NCBI GenBank assembly: GCA_043750125.1
Contig: JAYVCD010000316.1
Span: 1-26,340 of the forward strand
Source of the DNA: Archangiaceae bacterium
GTDB lineage: Bacteria > Myxococcota > Myxococcia > Myxococcales > Myxococcaceae
Length of the DNA stretch: 26,340 nt
Direction of reading: 5' to 3'
The translations under genes were made by a program, and so were the position numbers. The notes below the pieces were generated by a model. It did not search any database, was not told the DNA's origin, and saw only the letters and a list, made by a program, of their open reading frames with translations. This document shows, piece after piece, positions 17,485 through 26,340 of this stretch (positions within the stretch are counted from its first letter, which is position 1; each line of letters begins with the position of its first letter).

Positions 17485-17670
17485 TCAGCGCGGCTGCGCG
17501 CCGCTCAACAGCAGGTCAATCAGGCGCTCGAGAAACGCGTCGGTGACCCGCGCCTGCTCAATGAAGATTCGGGGCATCAAGGTCCCTGCGATGGTCGTTA
17601 AGATCAGCTGAACGTCGGCGTTCGGCGCCAGCCCTCCTCGAGCGATTGCTCGCTTCAAGACGAGGCGCGG
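17485..17670 (-). pseudogene. C-terminal fragment of a TetR/AcrR-family regulator
   Basis: Minus frame reads LVLKRAIARGGLAPNADVQLILTTIAGTLMPRIFIEQARVTDAFLERLIDLLLSGAQPR*, resembling TetR C-terminal RAxxRGE..D..LL..G. No HTH or start upstream. Absent from the ORF track. Confidence 0.6.
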
Positions 17671-18182
17671 CGCTGGGCTTGGGGCTGACGTTCAACGCCA
17701 GCGGGCACCGGCCCGCTTGTCTTCTCGCTCGCCGCTGCGCCCTCTGGAGGGTCGGTCACTTCGACCGGGAGTTATCTATCGGGCTCGACCTTCCCCGCGC
17801 TCGATCAGGTGCAGGTACAGAGCTGCTCGCGCAGAGGTGAACGAGAATCGGTCTGGACACCCGCAGGTTGGCAGCGCTCAACAGCTCGATCGAAACCGTC
17901 GCTGCGGAACAGGGTTTCCTCGATGTTCCGGCGGGACTTCGGTTCGATTCGGCATCTCAGTCGGTCGAATGGACGCCGCTTCGCGAGCAGGTCGGAAGTC
18001 ACGACCTGGTGCTGTACGCCGACACGTCCACGGGAAGATTGACCCAGCCGATTCACCTCGAAGTCAGCTGCACTCCGGTCAAGCTCAGAGTGGGCTGTGG
18101 CTGCTCGAACGACCCTGCGGCGGCGGTCGGATGTTTGCTCGCGCTGCTCGGCTTGGCGAGGAAGCGCCGGTCGTCACCGTAG
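17671..18182 (+). pseudogene. 3' relic of a large Ig-like-repeat surface protein with MYXO-CTERM-type sorting signal
   Basis: LTFNASG / GTGPLVFSLAAAPSGGSVTSTGSY..DQVQV (frameshifted), then VPAGLRFD..VEWTP, ending GCGCSNDPAAAVGCLLALLGLARKRR*. Confidence 0.65.
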
Positions 18183-18292
18183 GGCCGATGGGACCCACCC
18201 TTGATAGGTCCAATGTAGGTCTGTCACCTTCGACGGACACCCGAAGGGAACGCAGCGCTCGGCGCTCACCCCTGCGGTAAGTCTGGGTGTCC

Positions 18293-19261
18293 ATGGTGAC
18301 CTTGCTTGCTGGGCTGTTGCTGGCCGCCGCACCCGATGTGGCCTTGCTCTCGACGGTGCCGGACGCCGAAGTGACCGAGCTTCGCTTCCAGCCGCTGGGA
18401 GATTCGCGGCTGAGCGCTCCGGTCGCCCGCGTGCTTCACGTCGCGCAGGAAACCGTCCTCGGATCCGTGATTCCCGGAACCCGCCGGGTGGTCGCGATCG
18501 CGGTCACCGAACAGCGCAGAGACTTGTCGTTCGCCTCGAGCCTGGTCCTGCTCGAAGCCAACAAGCCCTCGCGGGTGCTGTGCGACCGGGTGGTGCTCGG
18601 CACCCGCCCCCTGGTCACCGCCGACGGAAGAGTCTTCGTGCAGCGCGGCCGCGCGGGCGAAGGTCGAATCGACGCGCTCACGATCGACGAAGTGGATCTG
18701 CGCACTGGCCGCACCCGCGAAGTGCTGGGGTTCAATGGCTTCACGGTCTTCCTCGCCGGCAGCATCGGCCGCGAGCTGCTCGTCTACCGCGTGGGGCCGA
18801 AGGGCACCGACCTGATCGCCGTCCACGTCGACGCGCTCGGCGTCCGCGTGCTGATTCCTTCGATGCAGCCGCTGGCCCGAGACTTCGCGCTCGCCGCGGA
18901 CAACCGGACCCTCTTCTACACCCAGGGCGATGCGTCGACCGCCCAGTGGTACGTCGAGAAGCTCGACCTGCAGAGCCTGGCCGTCACCCGACTGGCCGAG
19001 GGGCCTTCGATGGCGCTGTTGCCGACCCCGTTCCCCGATGGACGGGTGGCCTTTGCTCCCGGCGCCGGAATGGGACTGAAGGACCTCGAAGGCAAGACGG
19101 TGCTCGAATCGAAGGGTCCCGGCTACGAGCGGGTCCGCGCCTTCACCCACAAGCGCGTCGCGATCGGCCTCCACGAAATTCCGGGGGACTTCCCTCGTGC
19201 CCTGGGTGACTTCGCCGTTCCCTCCGGCCAGCGCCTCGACGTCGCGGGAGTCATCGAATGA
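18293..19261 (+). CDS. Secreted hypothetical protein, probably beta-rich/propeller-like
   Basis: Signal-peptide-like MVTLLAGLLLAAA and strong GC3 coding pattern. ATGA overlap with the next gene. Alternative GTG start at 18287. Confidence 0.7.
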   Translation: MVTLLAGLLLAAAPDVALLSTVPDAEVTELRFQPLGDSRLSAPVARVLHVAQETVLGSVIPGTRRVVAIAVTEQRRDLSFASSLVLLEANKPSRVLCDRVVLGTRPLVTADGRVFVQRGRAGEGRIDALTIDEVDLRTGRTREVLGFNGFTVFLAGSIGRELLVYRVGPKGTDLIAVHVDALGVRVLIPSMQPLARDFALAADNRTLFYTQGDASTAQWYVEKLDLQSLAVTRLAEGPSMALLPTPFPDGRVAFAPGAGMGLKDLEGKTVLESKGPGYERVRAFTHKRVAIGLHEIPGDFPRALGDFAVPSGQRLDVAGVIE

Positions 19262-20439
19262 GAAGCGCGATCCTGACCGCGGCGCTCTTCTCGACGGCCT
19301 CCGCCGCGTACTGCCCCAGCTACACCCTGACCAGCACCGGCAACACCCTGAACTGTGGAGTGGAATCGGCCGCGGGAATCAACCCCACCCCCACCCAATG
19401 GCAGGCCATCTTCGCCGTCGTCTCGGGCGGGCCCGCCAACTGGGGCACCAACGGTCCCGCGGTGGCGGACATCGGCTCGGGCTGCGGCAAGCCGTTGCCG
19501 ACCACCCAGGTCCCCGCCCGATTTCCCTGCGAATTGCTGAAGGCGATCGCGATGCAGGAATCGAGTTGGAAACAGTTCTGCGTTCCCGAGTCGCCCTCGG
19601 ATCAAATCGGAAAGACCTCGCGCACCATCATCGCCTTCGACTGCGGGTACGGCATCGGGCAGGTCACCAGCGGGATGCACGGGGGCGAGAACCCCGCCTT
19701 CGACCGCGCGCGGGTGGCCAGCGATCCGACCTACAACATGGCGACCGGCACTCAGATTCTCGCCTCGAAGTGGAAGGCCACTCAGTGCGTCGGCGACAAC
19801 CAGCCGAGAATCATCGAGGACTGGTACACCGCGACGTGGGCCTACAACGGCCTCGCGTACAGCAACAACCCCTCGAACCCCGCCTACTCGTCGACCCGCG
19901 GCATCTACAACCCGAACGTCGGCGGCAGCCGCCCGTACCAGGAAAGGGTCTTCGGGTGGATGGAGCACCCTCCGGGCGCCACCTACTGGAACGTCACCGC
20001 GGTGGCGTATCCCAATTCCGCGCTGGTGGGCGGAGCGGGGTCTCCTCCTTCCCTTCCCAGTTCCACGTGTGCCTCGCCGACCGACTGCGCGGGGACCCGT
20101 TCGACGCACGTCTCGTCGTGCTTCAGCGTCGACGCAGGAACTCCCGATGCGGGGCCGAAGCCAGACGCGGGGCCGAAGGCGGACTCAGGCACTGCCGACT
20201 CGGGAACGCCGGTGGACGACGGCGGCATCGAGATGGACGCGGGCCTCACCCCCGAAGATGCAGGCCCCCCCGACGGAGGCCACGTTTCGGTGGGCGACTA
20301 CAAGGTTCGCAAGCTCGACGACACGCTGGGCGCGGTGGCTCCGAAGGGCTGTGGCTGCGCCGCGTCGACCGGTACGGCGGTGTTCTGGTGGGTGGGACTG
20401 GCGCTGCTCGCAGTGAAGCGCCGCGGTCTGATTCGTTGA
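19258..20439 (+). CDS. Secreted lytic transglycosylase (SLT-like) with DAG-rich linker and MYXO-CTERM-type C-terminus
   Basis: LLKAIAMQESSW (catalytic Glu), GYGIGQV, DPTYNMATG and WAYNG. Low-complexity DAG/DSG linker. Ends KGCGCAAS..FWWVGLALLAVKRR. Confidence 0.8.
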   Translation: MRSAILTAALFSTASAAYCPSYTLTSTGNTLNCGVESAAGINPTPTQWQAIFAVVSGGPANWGTNGPAVADIGSGCGKPLPTTQVPARFPCELLKAIAMQESSWKQFCVPESPSDQIGKTSRTIIAFDCGYGIGQVTSGMHGGENPAFDRARVASDPTYNMATGTQILASKWKATQCVGDNQPRIIEDWYTATWAYNGLAYSNNPSNPAYSSTRGIYNPNVGGSRPYQERVFGWMEHPPGATYWNVTAVAYPNSALVGGAGSPPSLPSSTCASPTDCAGTRSTHVSSCFSVDAGTPDAGPKPDAGPKADSGTADSGTPVDDGGIEMDAGLTPEDAGPPDGGHVSVGDYKVRKLDDTLGAVAPKGCGCAASTGTAVFWWVGLALLAVKRRGLIR

Positions 20440-20496
20440 CTTGTGAGGCTTGACGGCTAGCTTCCGACGCCTTCAGCACCAATCGAGGGGTAATAC

Positions 20497-21942
20497 ATGA
20501 CGCGCGTAGCACCGCTGCTGGCCGCCTTGCTGGTGGCCGTTCCGGCCCTGGCTGAACAGTCGAAATTCAACCTTTCCATCGAACCTGCAGTCGGCGCGGG
20601 GCTCAACCGTTCCACCTTCGTCTCGGGGGGTTGGCTGCAGCTCGATACGACAGTTTTTGGACTGGGGCCGCTGGCTCCTTCGATTGAAATCTTCGGCGTG
20701 GGCAGTCAGAACACCACCTACCTCGCGGCCGGCGCGGCGTACGGAGCGGGCATCGGACTTCGCCTTCGCCTGCTCAATGACGAGCACGGCTACCTGTTCA
20801 ACCCGGGAACCGACAACAAGGGAAACCTCTGGGGAAATCTGTGGATTGACGCGCACCTCATCGGCGCGCACGGAGGCCTCGGGCTGGGGTTCGACGCGAG
20901 CCTGGGGTACGAGTTCTCGCTGATTGACGGTCTGCAAATCGGCCCGTTCGGCAAGTTCGTCTGGGTCGGCAACAACAAGATGATGCTCGGCGGCTTGTCG
21001 TTCACCGTCGGCTTCCCGAGCGAAATGCCGGCCGACTACGACCCGGACAACGACGGGATCAAGGGCGCGGCGGACAAGTGCCCCAATGATCCGGAAGACA
21101 AAGACGGCTTCGAAGACGAAGACGGCTGCCCTGAGCTCGACAACGACAAGGATGGGATCCCCGACGCGCTCGACAAGTGCCCCAATGAGCCCGAGGACAA
21201 AGACGGCTTCCAAGACGACGACGGGTGCCCGGATCTCGACAACGACAAGGACGGCATTCCCGACGCGCTCGACAAATGCCCCAACGAGCCCGAGGACAAA
21301 GACGGCTTCGAAGACGCCGACGGGTGTCCGGACCCCGACAACGACAAGGACGGAATTCCCGACGTGAAGGACAGCTGCCCCAACGAGCCCGAGGACAAAG
21401 ACGGGTTCGAGGACGAAGACGGTTGCCCGGACCCGGACAACGACAAAGACGGGATCCCCGACATCCGGGACAAATGCCCGAACGAGCCCGAGACGTTCAA
21501 CGGCATCGAGGACGAGGACGGCTGCCCTGAGAAAGAGTCGAAGGTCTACGTGACGCGCGAGAAGATCGTGATCACCGAGAAGATCTTCTTCGAGTTCAAC
21601 AAGGCGAAGATCCTGCCCAAGTCGGATCCCCTGCTCGACAACGTCGCCGACGTGCTCAACAAGTTCCCCCAGGTGAAGAAGATTCGCATCGAGGGTCACA
21701 CCGACGACGTGGGCACCGACGCGCAGAACCAGGTGCTTTCCGAGAAGCGCGCCCGGTCGGTCTACGACGCGATGGTGAAGCGGAAGGTGGATCCCAAGCG
21801 CCTCGAGTCGAAGGGCTATGGCAAGTCGCAGCCGCTGGTGAAGGAGAAGACCGATGCCGCCCGCGAGCAGAACCGTCGCGTCGAGTTCATCGTCGTCGAC
21901 ATGGTTCCGATCGTCGAAGAGGTCATCAAGCCCGCTCCGTAA
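20497..21942 (+). CDS. OmpA-family outer-membrane protein with thrombospondin type-3 (Ca-binding) repeats
   Basis: Signal peptide, beta-strand-rich N-domain and five DxDxDGIPD..DKCP repeats. OmpA C domain IFFEFNKA..IEGHTDDVG..NQVLSEKRA..NRRVEF. GAGGGG RBS. Confidence 0.92.
   Translation: MTRVAPLLAALLVAVPALAEQSKFNLSIEPAVGAGLNRSTFVSGGWLQLDTTVFGLGPLAPSIEIFGVGSQNTTYLAAGAAYGAGIGLRLRLLNDEHGYLFNPGTDNKGNLWGNLWIDAHLIGAHGGLGLGFDASLGYEFSLIDGLQIGPFGKFVWVGNNKMMLGGLSFTVGFPSEMPADYDPDNDGIKGAADKCPNDPEDKDGFEDEDGCPELDNDKDGIPDALDKCPNEPEDKDGFQDDDGCPDLDNDKDGIPDALDKCPNEPEDKDGFEDADGCPDPDNDKDGIPDVKDSCPNEPEDKDGFEDEDGCPDPDNDKDGIPDIRDKCPNEPETFNGIEDEDGCPEKESKVYVTREKIVITEKIFFEFNKAKILPKSDPLLDNVADVLNKFPQVKKIRIEGHTDDVGTDAQNQVLSEKRARSVYDAMVKRKVDPKRLESKGYGKSQPLVKEKTDAAREQNRRVEFIVVDMVPIVEEVIKPAP
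21040..21534 (+). repeat. Five tandem 99-bp coding repeats (33-aa TSP3 units)
   Basis: Units start at 21040, 21139, 21238, 21337 and 21436. Confidence 0.9.
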
Positions 21943-21967
21943 CGGGCCTCCTCAAAGCAGCCTTTTC

Positions 21968-22005
21968 TCCCCCCCGCGTCAGCTCGAGCGGGGGGGATTT
22001 TTTTT
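21968..22005 (+). terminator. Intrinsic terminator after the ompA-like gene
   Basis: Perfect 10-bp stem TCCCCCCCGC/GCGGGGGGGA with a 10-nt loop, followed by T8. Confidence 0.88.
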
Positions 22006-23402
22006 CAGGACTCGCCGACCATTTTTTCAGGGCGGACCCACTGGTCGAACTGCTCGGGCGTGACCAGCTTCAGCTCGACGGCGACCTGCTTGAGCGTCTT
22101 GCCTTCCTTGTGTGCGGTCTTCGCAATCTTCGCCGCGTTGTCGTACCCGATGTGCGGGTTGAGCGCGGTGACCAGCATCAAGCTCTTCTCGAGGTTCTCC
22201 TGAATGCGCGGAGCGTTCGCCTCGATCCCCACCACGCAGTGCTCGCGGAAGCTGTTCATCCCGTCCGCGAGCAGGCGGCAGGACTGGAGGAAATTGTGAA
22301 TCATCAGCGGCTTGAAGACATTGAGCTCGAAGTTGCCGGACGCTCCGCCGATGGTGATTGCCACGTCGTTCCCCATCACCTGCCCGCAGAGCATCGTCAG
22401 CGCCTCGCACTGGGTGGGGTTCACCTTCCCCGGCATGATGCTGCTGCCCGGCTCGTTCTCCGGAATGATGATTTCGCCCAGGCCTGACCTGGGCCCGGAC
22501 GACAGCCAGCGCACGTCATTGGCGATCTTGAACAGCGCGGCGGCGAGGCTCTTCAGGGCCCCGTGGGCGTGAACGATCGCGTCGTTGGCCGCCAGCGCCT
22601 CGAACTTGTTCGCCGCGGTGATGAAGGGAAGCCCGGTGAGCGTCGAGATTTCCTTCGCCACCCGTTCGGCGTAGCCCTTCGGAGCGTTCAGCCCCGTGCC
22701 CACCGCCGTCCCGCCCAAAGCCAGCTCGTGCAGGTGCGGCAGCGCGGCGTCGAGGTGCTTGAGCGCCTGGGACAGCTGCACCACGTAGCCTGAGAATTCC
22801 TGGCCGAGGGTCAGCGGCGTCGCGTCCTGCAAGTGGGTGCGGCCGATCTTCACGATGCTCTTGAAAGCTGTCGCCTTGGCGTCCAGCGCGTCGCGCAGCG
22901 CCTTGAGCGATGGAGTGACGGCACGCGCGATCGAATCGGCCGCGGCGATCGACATCGCGGTGGGAAAGACGTCGTTGCTCGATTGCCCCTTGTTCACATC
23001 GTCATTGGGGTGGACCTTGCGGCCCTCGCCGCGTTGCCCGCCCATGATTTCCGAGGCGCGGTTGGCGAGCACCTCGTTGACGTTCATGTTGGTCTGGGTC
23101 CCGCTGCCGGTCTGCCAGACGGAGAGGGGAAATTCGCCGCTCCATTTTCCGGCGAGCACTTCGTCAGCGGCCTGCTCGATCGCTTTCGCCTTGTCGGCAG
23201 GAAGGGACTTGTTCTCGGCATTGACGCGCGCGGCGGCCTTTTTGGCGAGCACCAACGCGGACAACAAGGCGGGCGGCATCTGCTCGGTGCTGATGTGGAA
23301 GTGGTGCAGGCTGCGCTGAGTCTGCGCTCCCCACAGGTGCTCGGCGGGGACTTCGATGGGACCGAAGGTGTCTTTCTCGATGCGGAATTTGGGGTCGGAC
23401 AT
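22005..23402 (-). CDS. fumC: Class II fumarate hydratase
   Basis: [36 protein letters not shown] and signature [15 protein letters not shown]. 465 aa. Confidence 0.97.
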   Translation of the reverse strand: MSDPKFRIEKDTFGPIEVPAEHLWGAQTQRSLHHFHISTEQMPPALLSALVLAKKAAARVNAENKSLPADKAKAIEQAADEVLAGKWSGEFPLSVWQTGSGTQTNMNVNEVLANRASEIMGGQRGEGRKVHPNDDVNKGQSSNDVFPTAMSIAAADSIARAVTPSLKALRDALDAKATAFKSIVKIGRTHLQDATPLTLGQEFSGYVVQLSQALKHLDAALPHLHELALGGTAVGTGLNAPKGYAERVAKEISTLTGLPFITAANKFEALAANDAIVHAHGALKSLAAALFKIANDVRWLSSGPRSGLGEIIIPENEPGSSIMPGKVNPTQCEALTMLCGQVMGNDVAITIGGASGNFELNVFKPLMIHNFLQSCRLLADGMNSFREHCVVGIEANAPRIQENLEKSLMLVTALNPHIGYDNAAKIAKTAHKEGKTLKQVAVELKLVTPEQFDQWVRPEKMVGES

Positions 23403-23499
23403 TCCGGGGGGTCTAGGTCACCCCTCGGCGACACGCTACGGGGTTTCGCCGACAGAAAGCTCTTCATGCGCGAGCGGATGAGTGATTGAAGAAGAGGGC

Positions 23500-24933
23500 A
23501 TGCGTGCGCTCGCCGAACATTCAATGAACCTTCGGCTGCGTTGCGACGATCAGGGCGCTCAAGCCCGACCGAGGTCCGCCATCAAGGGCAATTGGCAACA
23601 CTTCCTCTTGATCGGCCTGCTGATCGCACCCTTCGGATCGCGCGCCCAGGACGTGCCGGCGGCGACCTCAAGGGTCGGCGAGCCTGGTCCACTCGAGGAC
23701 GAGCGATTCAGCGTTCATTTCCAGATGACGGCGGCCACGCAGTACCACCCGGCCTTCGCCGCGAAGTATTCCGGCCAGAACAGCCTTGAGGCCCAAGCGG
23801 AGAGCGCCACCGCGATGGTCGCAACCGGCTTTCTCGACCTCCGGTTGTGGCGCGGGGCTGAGGTCATTTTCAATCCCGAGCTCAGTGGCGGATCTGGGCT
23901 GAGCAAGACGCTGGGCGTTGGAGCTTTTCCCAGCGGGCTGGTGTACCGCGTCGGAAGCCCCGCACCCGCGGTCTACATCGCCCGGCTCGCCTTCAAGCAG
24001 ACCTTGGGGCTCGGAGGAGGGACGGTGCTCGTCGAGGCAGGCCCAAATCAGGTCAGCGGCCACCGGGACCGAGACTCTCTCACCGTCTACGTCGGTCGTC
24101 TTTCCGTCACCGACATGTTCGACGGCAACGCCTACGCACATGACCCGACGACGCGGTTCTTCAATTGGGCGCTCTTCGCCTCGGGCGCGTGGGACTACCC
24201 GGCCGACACGCGCGGCTACACCTACGGTCTGTTGAGCGACCTGTCGATCAACTGGTGGTCCGTGCGCGCGGGCCTCGCGATGCTTCCGCAATATTCCAAC
24301 CTGATGGTCATGGAAACCCGCCTCGACAAGGCTCGCGGCCTGATGGCGGAATTCGAAGCCCGCTACGCACCCAGGGGCCGAAAGGGCTCCGCGCGATTGC
24401 TGCTGTTCCTAAATGACGCGCGAATGGGGAGCTACCAGCAGGTGACCGAGAATCCCAACGCGTACGGCAACGAGGTCTCTGCTACCCGTGTGTTTGGGCG
24501 CACGAAGTATGGCTTTGCAATCTCTGTCGACCAGGAGATTTCAGATTCTCTGGGTGCCTTCCTTCGGGTGAGCGCCAACGACGGTGCGAACGAGACGTGG
24601 GCCTTCGCGGAAATCGACCAGTCGCTGGCCGTGGGCGGAGTGCAAAAGGGCACGCTCTGGCGCCGGCCTGACGACGAGTTCGGGGTGGCCATCGTCATCG
24701 GCGGGCTGTCGTATTGGCATCGGAAATATCTCGAGGGCGGCGGCTACGGCTTCATGATCGGCGATGGTGCCCTCCGCTTCGGCCCAGAGACCATCCTCGA
24801 CGCCTACTACCGGTTGCAGGTGGTGCCCCACATTGCGATTTCCGGCATCTACCAACTGGTCGCGAACCCTGGTTACAACCAGGACCGTGGCCCAGTGCAT
24901 ATTTTCTCAGCGCGCCTTCGCGTGGATTTATAA
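23500..24933 (+). CDS. OprB-family carbohydrate-selective porin (MnoP-like subgroup); start uncertain
   Basis: Signal-like LLIGLLIAPFGSRA. FSVHFQ..QYHPAF..YSGQNSL, FDGNAYAHDP, WDYPADTRGYTYG and C-terminal NPGYNQDRGPV..ARLRVDL. Confidence 0.8.
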   Translation: MRALAEHSMNLRLRCDDQGAQARPRSAIKGNWQHFLLIGLLIAPFGSRAQDVPAATSRVGEPGPLEDERFSVHFQMTAATQYHPAFAAKYSGQNSLEAQAESATAMVATGFLDLRLWRGAEVIFNPELSGGSGLSKTLGVGAFPSGLVYRVGSPAPAVYIARLAFKQTLGLGGGTVLVEAGPNQVSGHRDRDSLTVYVGRLSVTDMFDGNAYAHDPTTRFFNWALFASGAWDYPADTRGYTYGLLSDLSINWWSVRAGLAMLPQYSNLMVMETRLDKARGLMAEFEARYAPRGRKGSARLLLFLNDARMGSYQQVTENPNAYGNEVSATRVFGRTKYGFAISVDQEISDSLGAFLRVSANDGANETWAFAEIDQSLAVGGVQKGTLWRRPDDEFGVAIVIGGLSYWHRKYLEGGGYGFMIGDGALRFGPETILDAYYRLQVVPHIAISGIYQLVANPGYNQDRGPVHIFSARLRVDL

Positions 24934-24940
24934 TGCAGCC

Positions 24941-25441
24941 ATGACCATTCGTTGCGCGGTTGCGCTGTTGCTGACGATGGTGCTGACCGGCTGCAACAAT
25001 CACGCGGGAGCTGTGTGTGAGGCCGTGGGCGACTGCTCTGAGGCGGGCTCATCGGACTGGATCTCGCAATGTGTTGCCGAAGGAGATCTGCTGATGAACG
25101 AGAGCCAGGCCATCGGCTGCTCCACACAGTTTGACGCGTACTTCTCGTGTGCTGACGCGAAATACGTTTGTACCGGCAACGTCGCCCGCTTTGCGGGCTG
25201 CGCTGATTCCCGGGCAAGACTCGACGCCTGTCTCGCCAAGGCCACTGCGGATACAGGTTGCGCCCAACTCGCCGCGGCAGTGATGGCCTGTCCTGGCTTC
25301 GACGCGGGCGTCGTGCCCGGCTCGTGCAGCGTCACACGCTCCTGCGAATCGCGCTGTGTCCTCGCTTCCGAGCAAAACGTGTGCGCCCCGCAATTGGCGG
25401 AGCTCCAAGCGTTTATCGACTGTGCCAAAAGCTGTCCGTAG
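24941..25441 (+). CDS. Cysteine-rich lipoprotein
   Basis: Lipobox LTGC followed by 16 further Cys in 166 aa. TATAAT lies 6 nt upstream of the ATG. Confidence 0.75.
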   Translation: MTIRCAVALLLTMVLTGCNNHAGAVCEAVGDCSEAGSSDWISQCVAEGDLLMNESQAIGCSTQFDAYFSCADAKYVCTGNVARFAGCADSRARLDACLAKATADTGCAQLAAAVMACPGFDAGVVPGSCSVTRSCESRCVLASEQNVCAPQLAELQAFIDCAKSCP

Positions 25442-25444
25442 TTT

Positions 25445-25720
25445 GTGGCGGAGCGCTTCGGATCTGCGCCGAGGAGCCTGGCTGACTCGACCAGGCTGCG
25501 AAGATGACTCGTCATGAAAACGCACCCGTCCCAACACACCGCAGGTATTTGACGGCCGTTCCGATTTCGTTGCCGGGCAGAAACCGCTGCCCTGGATTCA
25601 GCTCCTGATGTCTTCGACGATGGGGCGCGACGACTCGTCGCGAAGTCTGAAACGGGGAAGTCGGAAAGACGGCGCCTTGACGGCCGCGCTGGGGGCGTCG
25701 AGGTTACGCCCCCGATGAAA
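25445..25720 (+). pseudogene. Possible heavily degraded ECF sigma factor relic
   Basis: Fragments in different frames: KMTRHENA, QHT, QVFDGRSDFVAGQKPLPWI (region 2-like), and AALGASRLR (region 4.2-like). Recognition is tentative. Confidence 0.3.
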
Positions 25721-25753
25721 GACGAGGCCGCCTTCGCCGGACACAGAAGTGAC

Positions 25754-26340
25754 ATGAGAGGGACGGTCTGGTTGCTGCTGTTGATCCCTACGCTCGCAGC
25801 GGCGGGGACGGTTCGCGTGCGGGTCTCCGCGCTGGCACAGATAGAGTCGTGTCGCAGCGATCGCGCACTGGCGACGCAACTGCGCACCATGGCCGGATTG
25901 GCCGTGGTCGACCGCGACTTCGATTTCGACGCGACGTTCGAGCGCGACGGAGCGGACTGGAGAATCTCGCTCCGCCGACCCGACGGAAGTCTGGCGTTGC
26001 GGCGCAGCCTGGTTGGCGCCACCGAGTGCGTCGATGTCTCATTTGCTGCGGCGCTGATCATCGAACGGTTTGCGCGCGCGTTGGACGTGAAGCTCGCACT
26101 TCCCACCGGACACAAGCTTGAGGCCGGCCCAGGTCCCGAGACCCAGGCGACGGGCGAGGCCGAATCAAAGGCGGCGAGGAACATCGGACCACAAGAGCCA
26201 GCGACCTCGAGGAGCTCGACGAACGTCGCCAAGACGAAGGCCGGTGGGAACAAGGAGGGCACATCGAGGACCGCTGAGACGAGAGCCGCTGAGACGAGAG
26301 CCGCTGAGACGAGAGCCGCTGAGACGAGAGCCGCTGAGAC
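25754..26340 (+). CDS. Secreted hypothetical protein, runs off the window (partial)
   Basis: ATG 25754 gives MRGTVWLLLLIPTLAAAG, then ..SC..LALRRSL..ATECVDVSFAAALIIERF and a low-complexity linker. Open to the window end, so absent from the ORF track. Confidence 0.75.
   Translation, partial: MRGTVWLLLLIPTLAAAGTVRVRVSALAQIESCRSDRALATQLRTMAGLAVVDRDFDFDATFERDGADWRISLRRPDGSLALRRSLVGATECVDVSFAAALIIERFARALDVKLALPTGHKLEAGPGPETQATGEAESKAARNIGPQEPATSRSSTNVAKTKAGGNKEGTSRTAETRAAETRAAETRAAETRAAE
26271..26340 (+). repeat. 15-bp tandem repeat CCGCTGAGACGAGAG (at least 4.7 copies), encoding AETRA
   Basis: Perfect copies continue to the window edge, in frame with the ORF starting at 25754. Confidence 0.92.

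Noticed and set aside
21040-21534. 99-bp repeats as a CRISPR array
   Set aside because: In-frame coding TSP3 repeats with synonymous variation, no unique spacers and no cas genes.
19258-21942. Calling the pair traA/traB
   Set aside because: The upstream protein has an SLT domain rather than the TraA PA14-like/Cys-repeat architecture; the similarity is only architectural.
23403-23530. Riboswitch or metal-regulator box upstream of the porin (ATTGAA...TTCAAT inverted repeat)
   Set aside because: No recognisable yybP-ykoY, cobalamin or Fur consensus; needs an Rfam scan.
25000-26262. 420-aa minus-strand ORF and other long shadow ORFs (e.g. 20473-21699, 14930-16084)
   Set aside because: Antisense shadows of real genes, as expected in high-GC DNA; no motifs.
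26271-26340. 15-bp repeat as CRISPR or iterons
   Set aside because: No spacers, in frame within a CDS, and no rep gene visible.

Overview
GC-rich bacterial DNA, most likely Myxococcota (two MYXO-CTERM-type C-termini, a TSP3-repeat OmpA, typical myxobacterial surface-protein repeats). The centre (4274-15721) is the most interesting part. A nine-gene operon with mostly 4-nt overlaps, cheA-cheW-mcp-cheR-cheB-NTF2/SnoaL-cheY-like-ThDP acyloin synthase-like-KAS III-like, is transcribed divergently from a ligand-sensing LuxR-type regulator, and an O-methyltransferase lies on the far side of luxR. A near-identical 7-2-7 inverted repeat (TACCACG-WT-CGGGGTA) precedes both the O-methyltransferase and cheA, at the same spacing from a candidate -10. 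This suggests one LuxR regulon linking small-molecule (acyloin/furanolide-type) biosynthesis to a chemosensory pathway. The flanks carry an NlpC/P60-like protein, a Thg1-like polymerase head-to-head with an orphan PIN nuclease, a ferritin-like diiron protein, a surface-sorted lytic transglycosylase, an OmpA/TSP3 protein, fumC, an OprB-type porin and a Cys-rich lipoprotein. Several intervals are patchworks of deletion-riddled gene relics (Ser/Thr kinase, surface proteins, TetR, possibly an ECF sigma). All calls come from motif reading only; no database searches were run.
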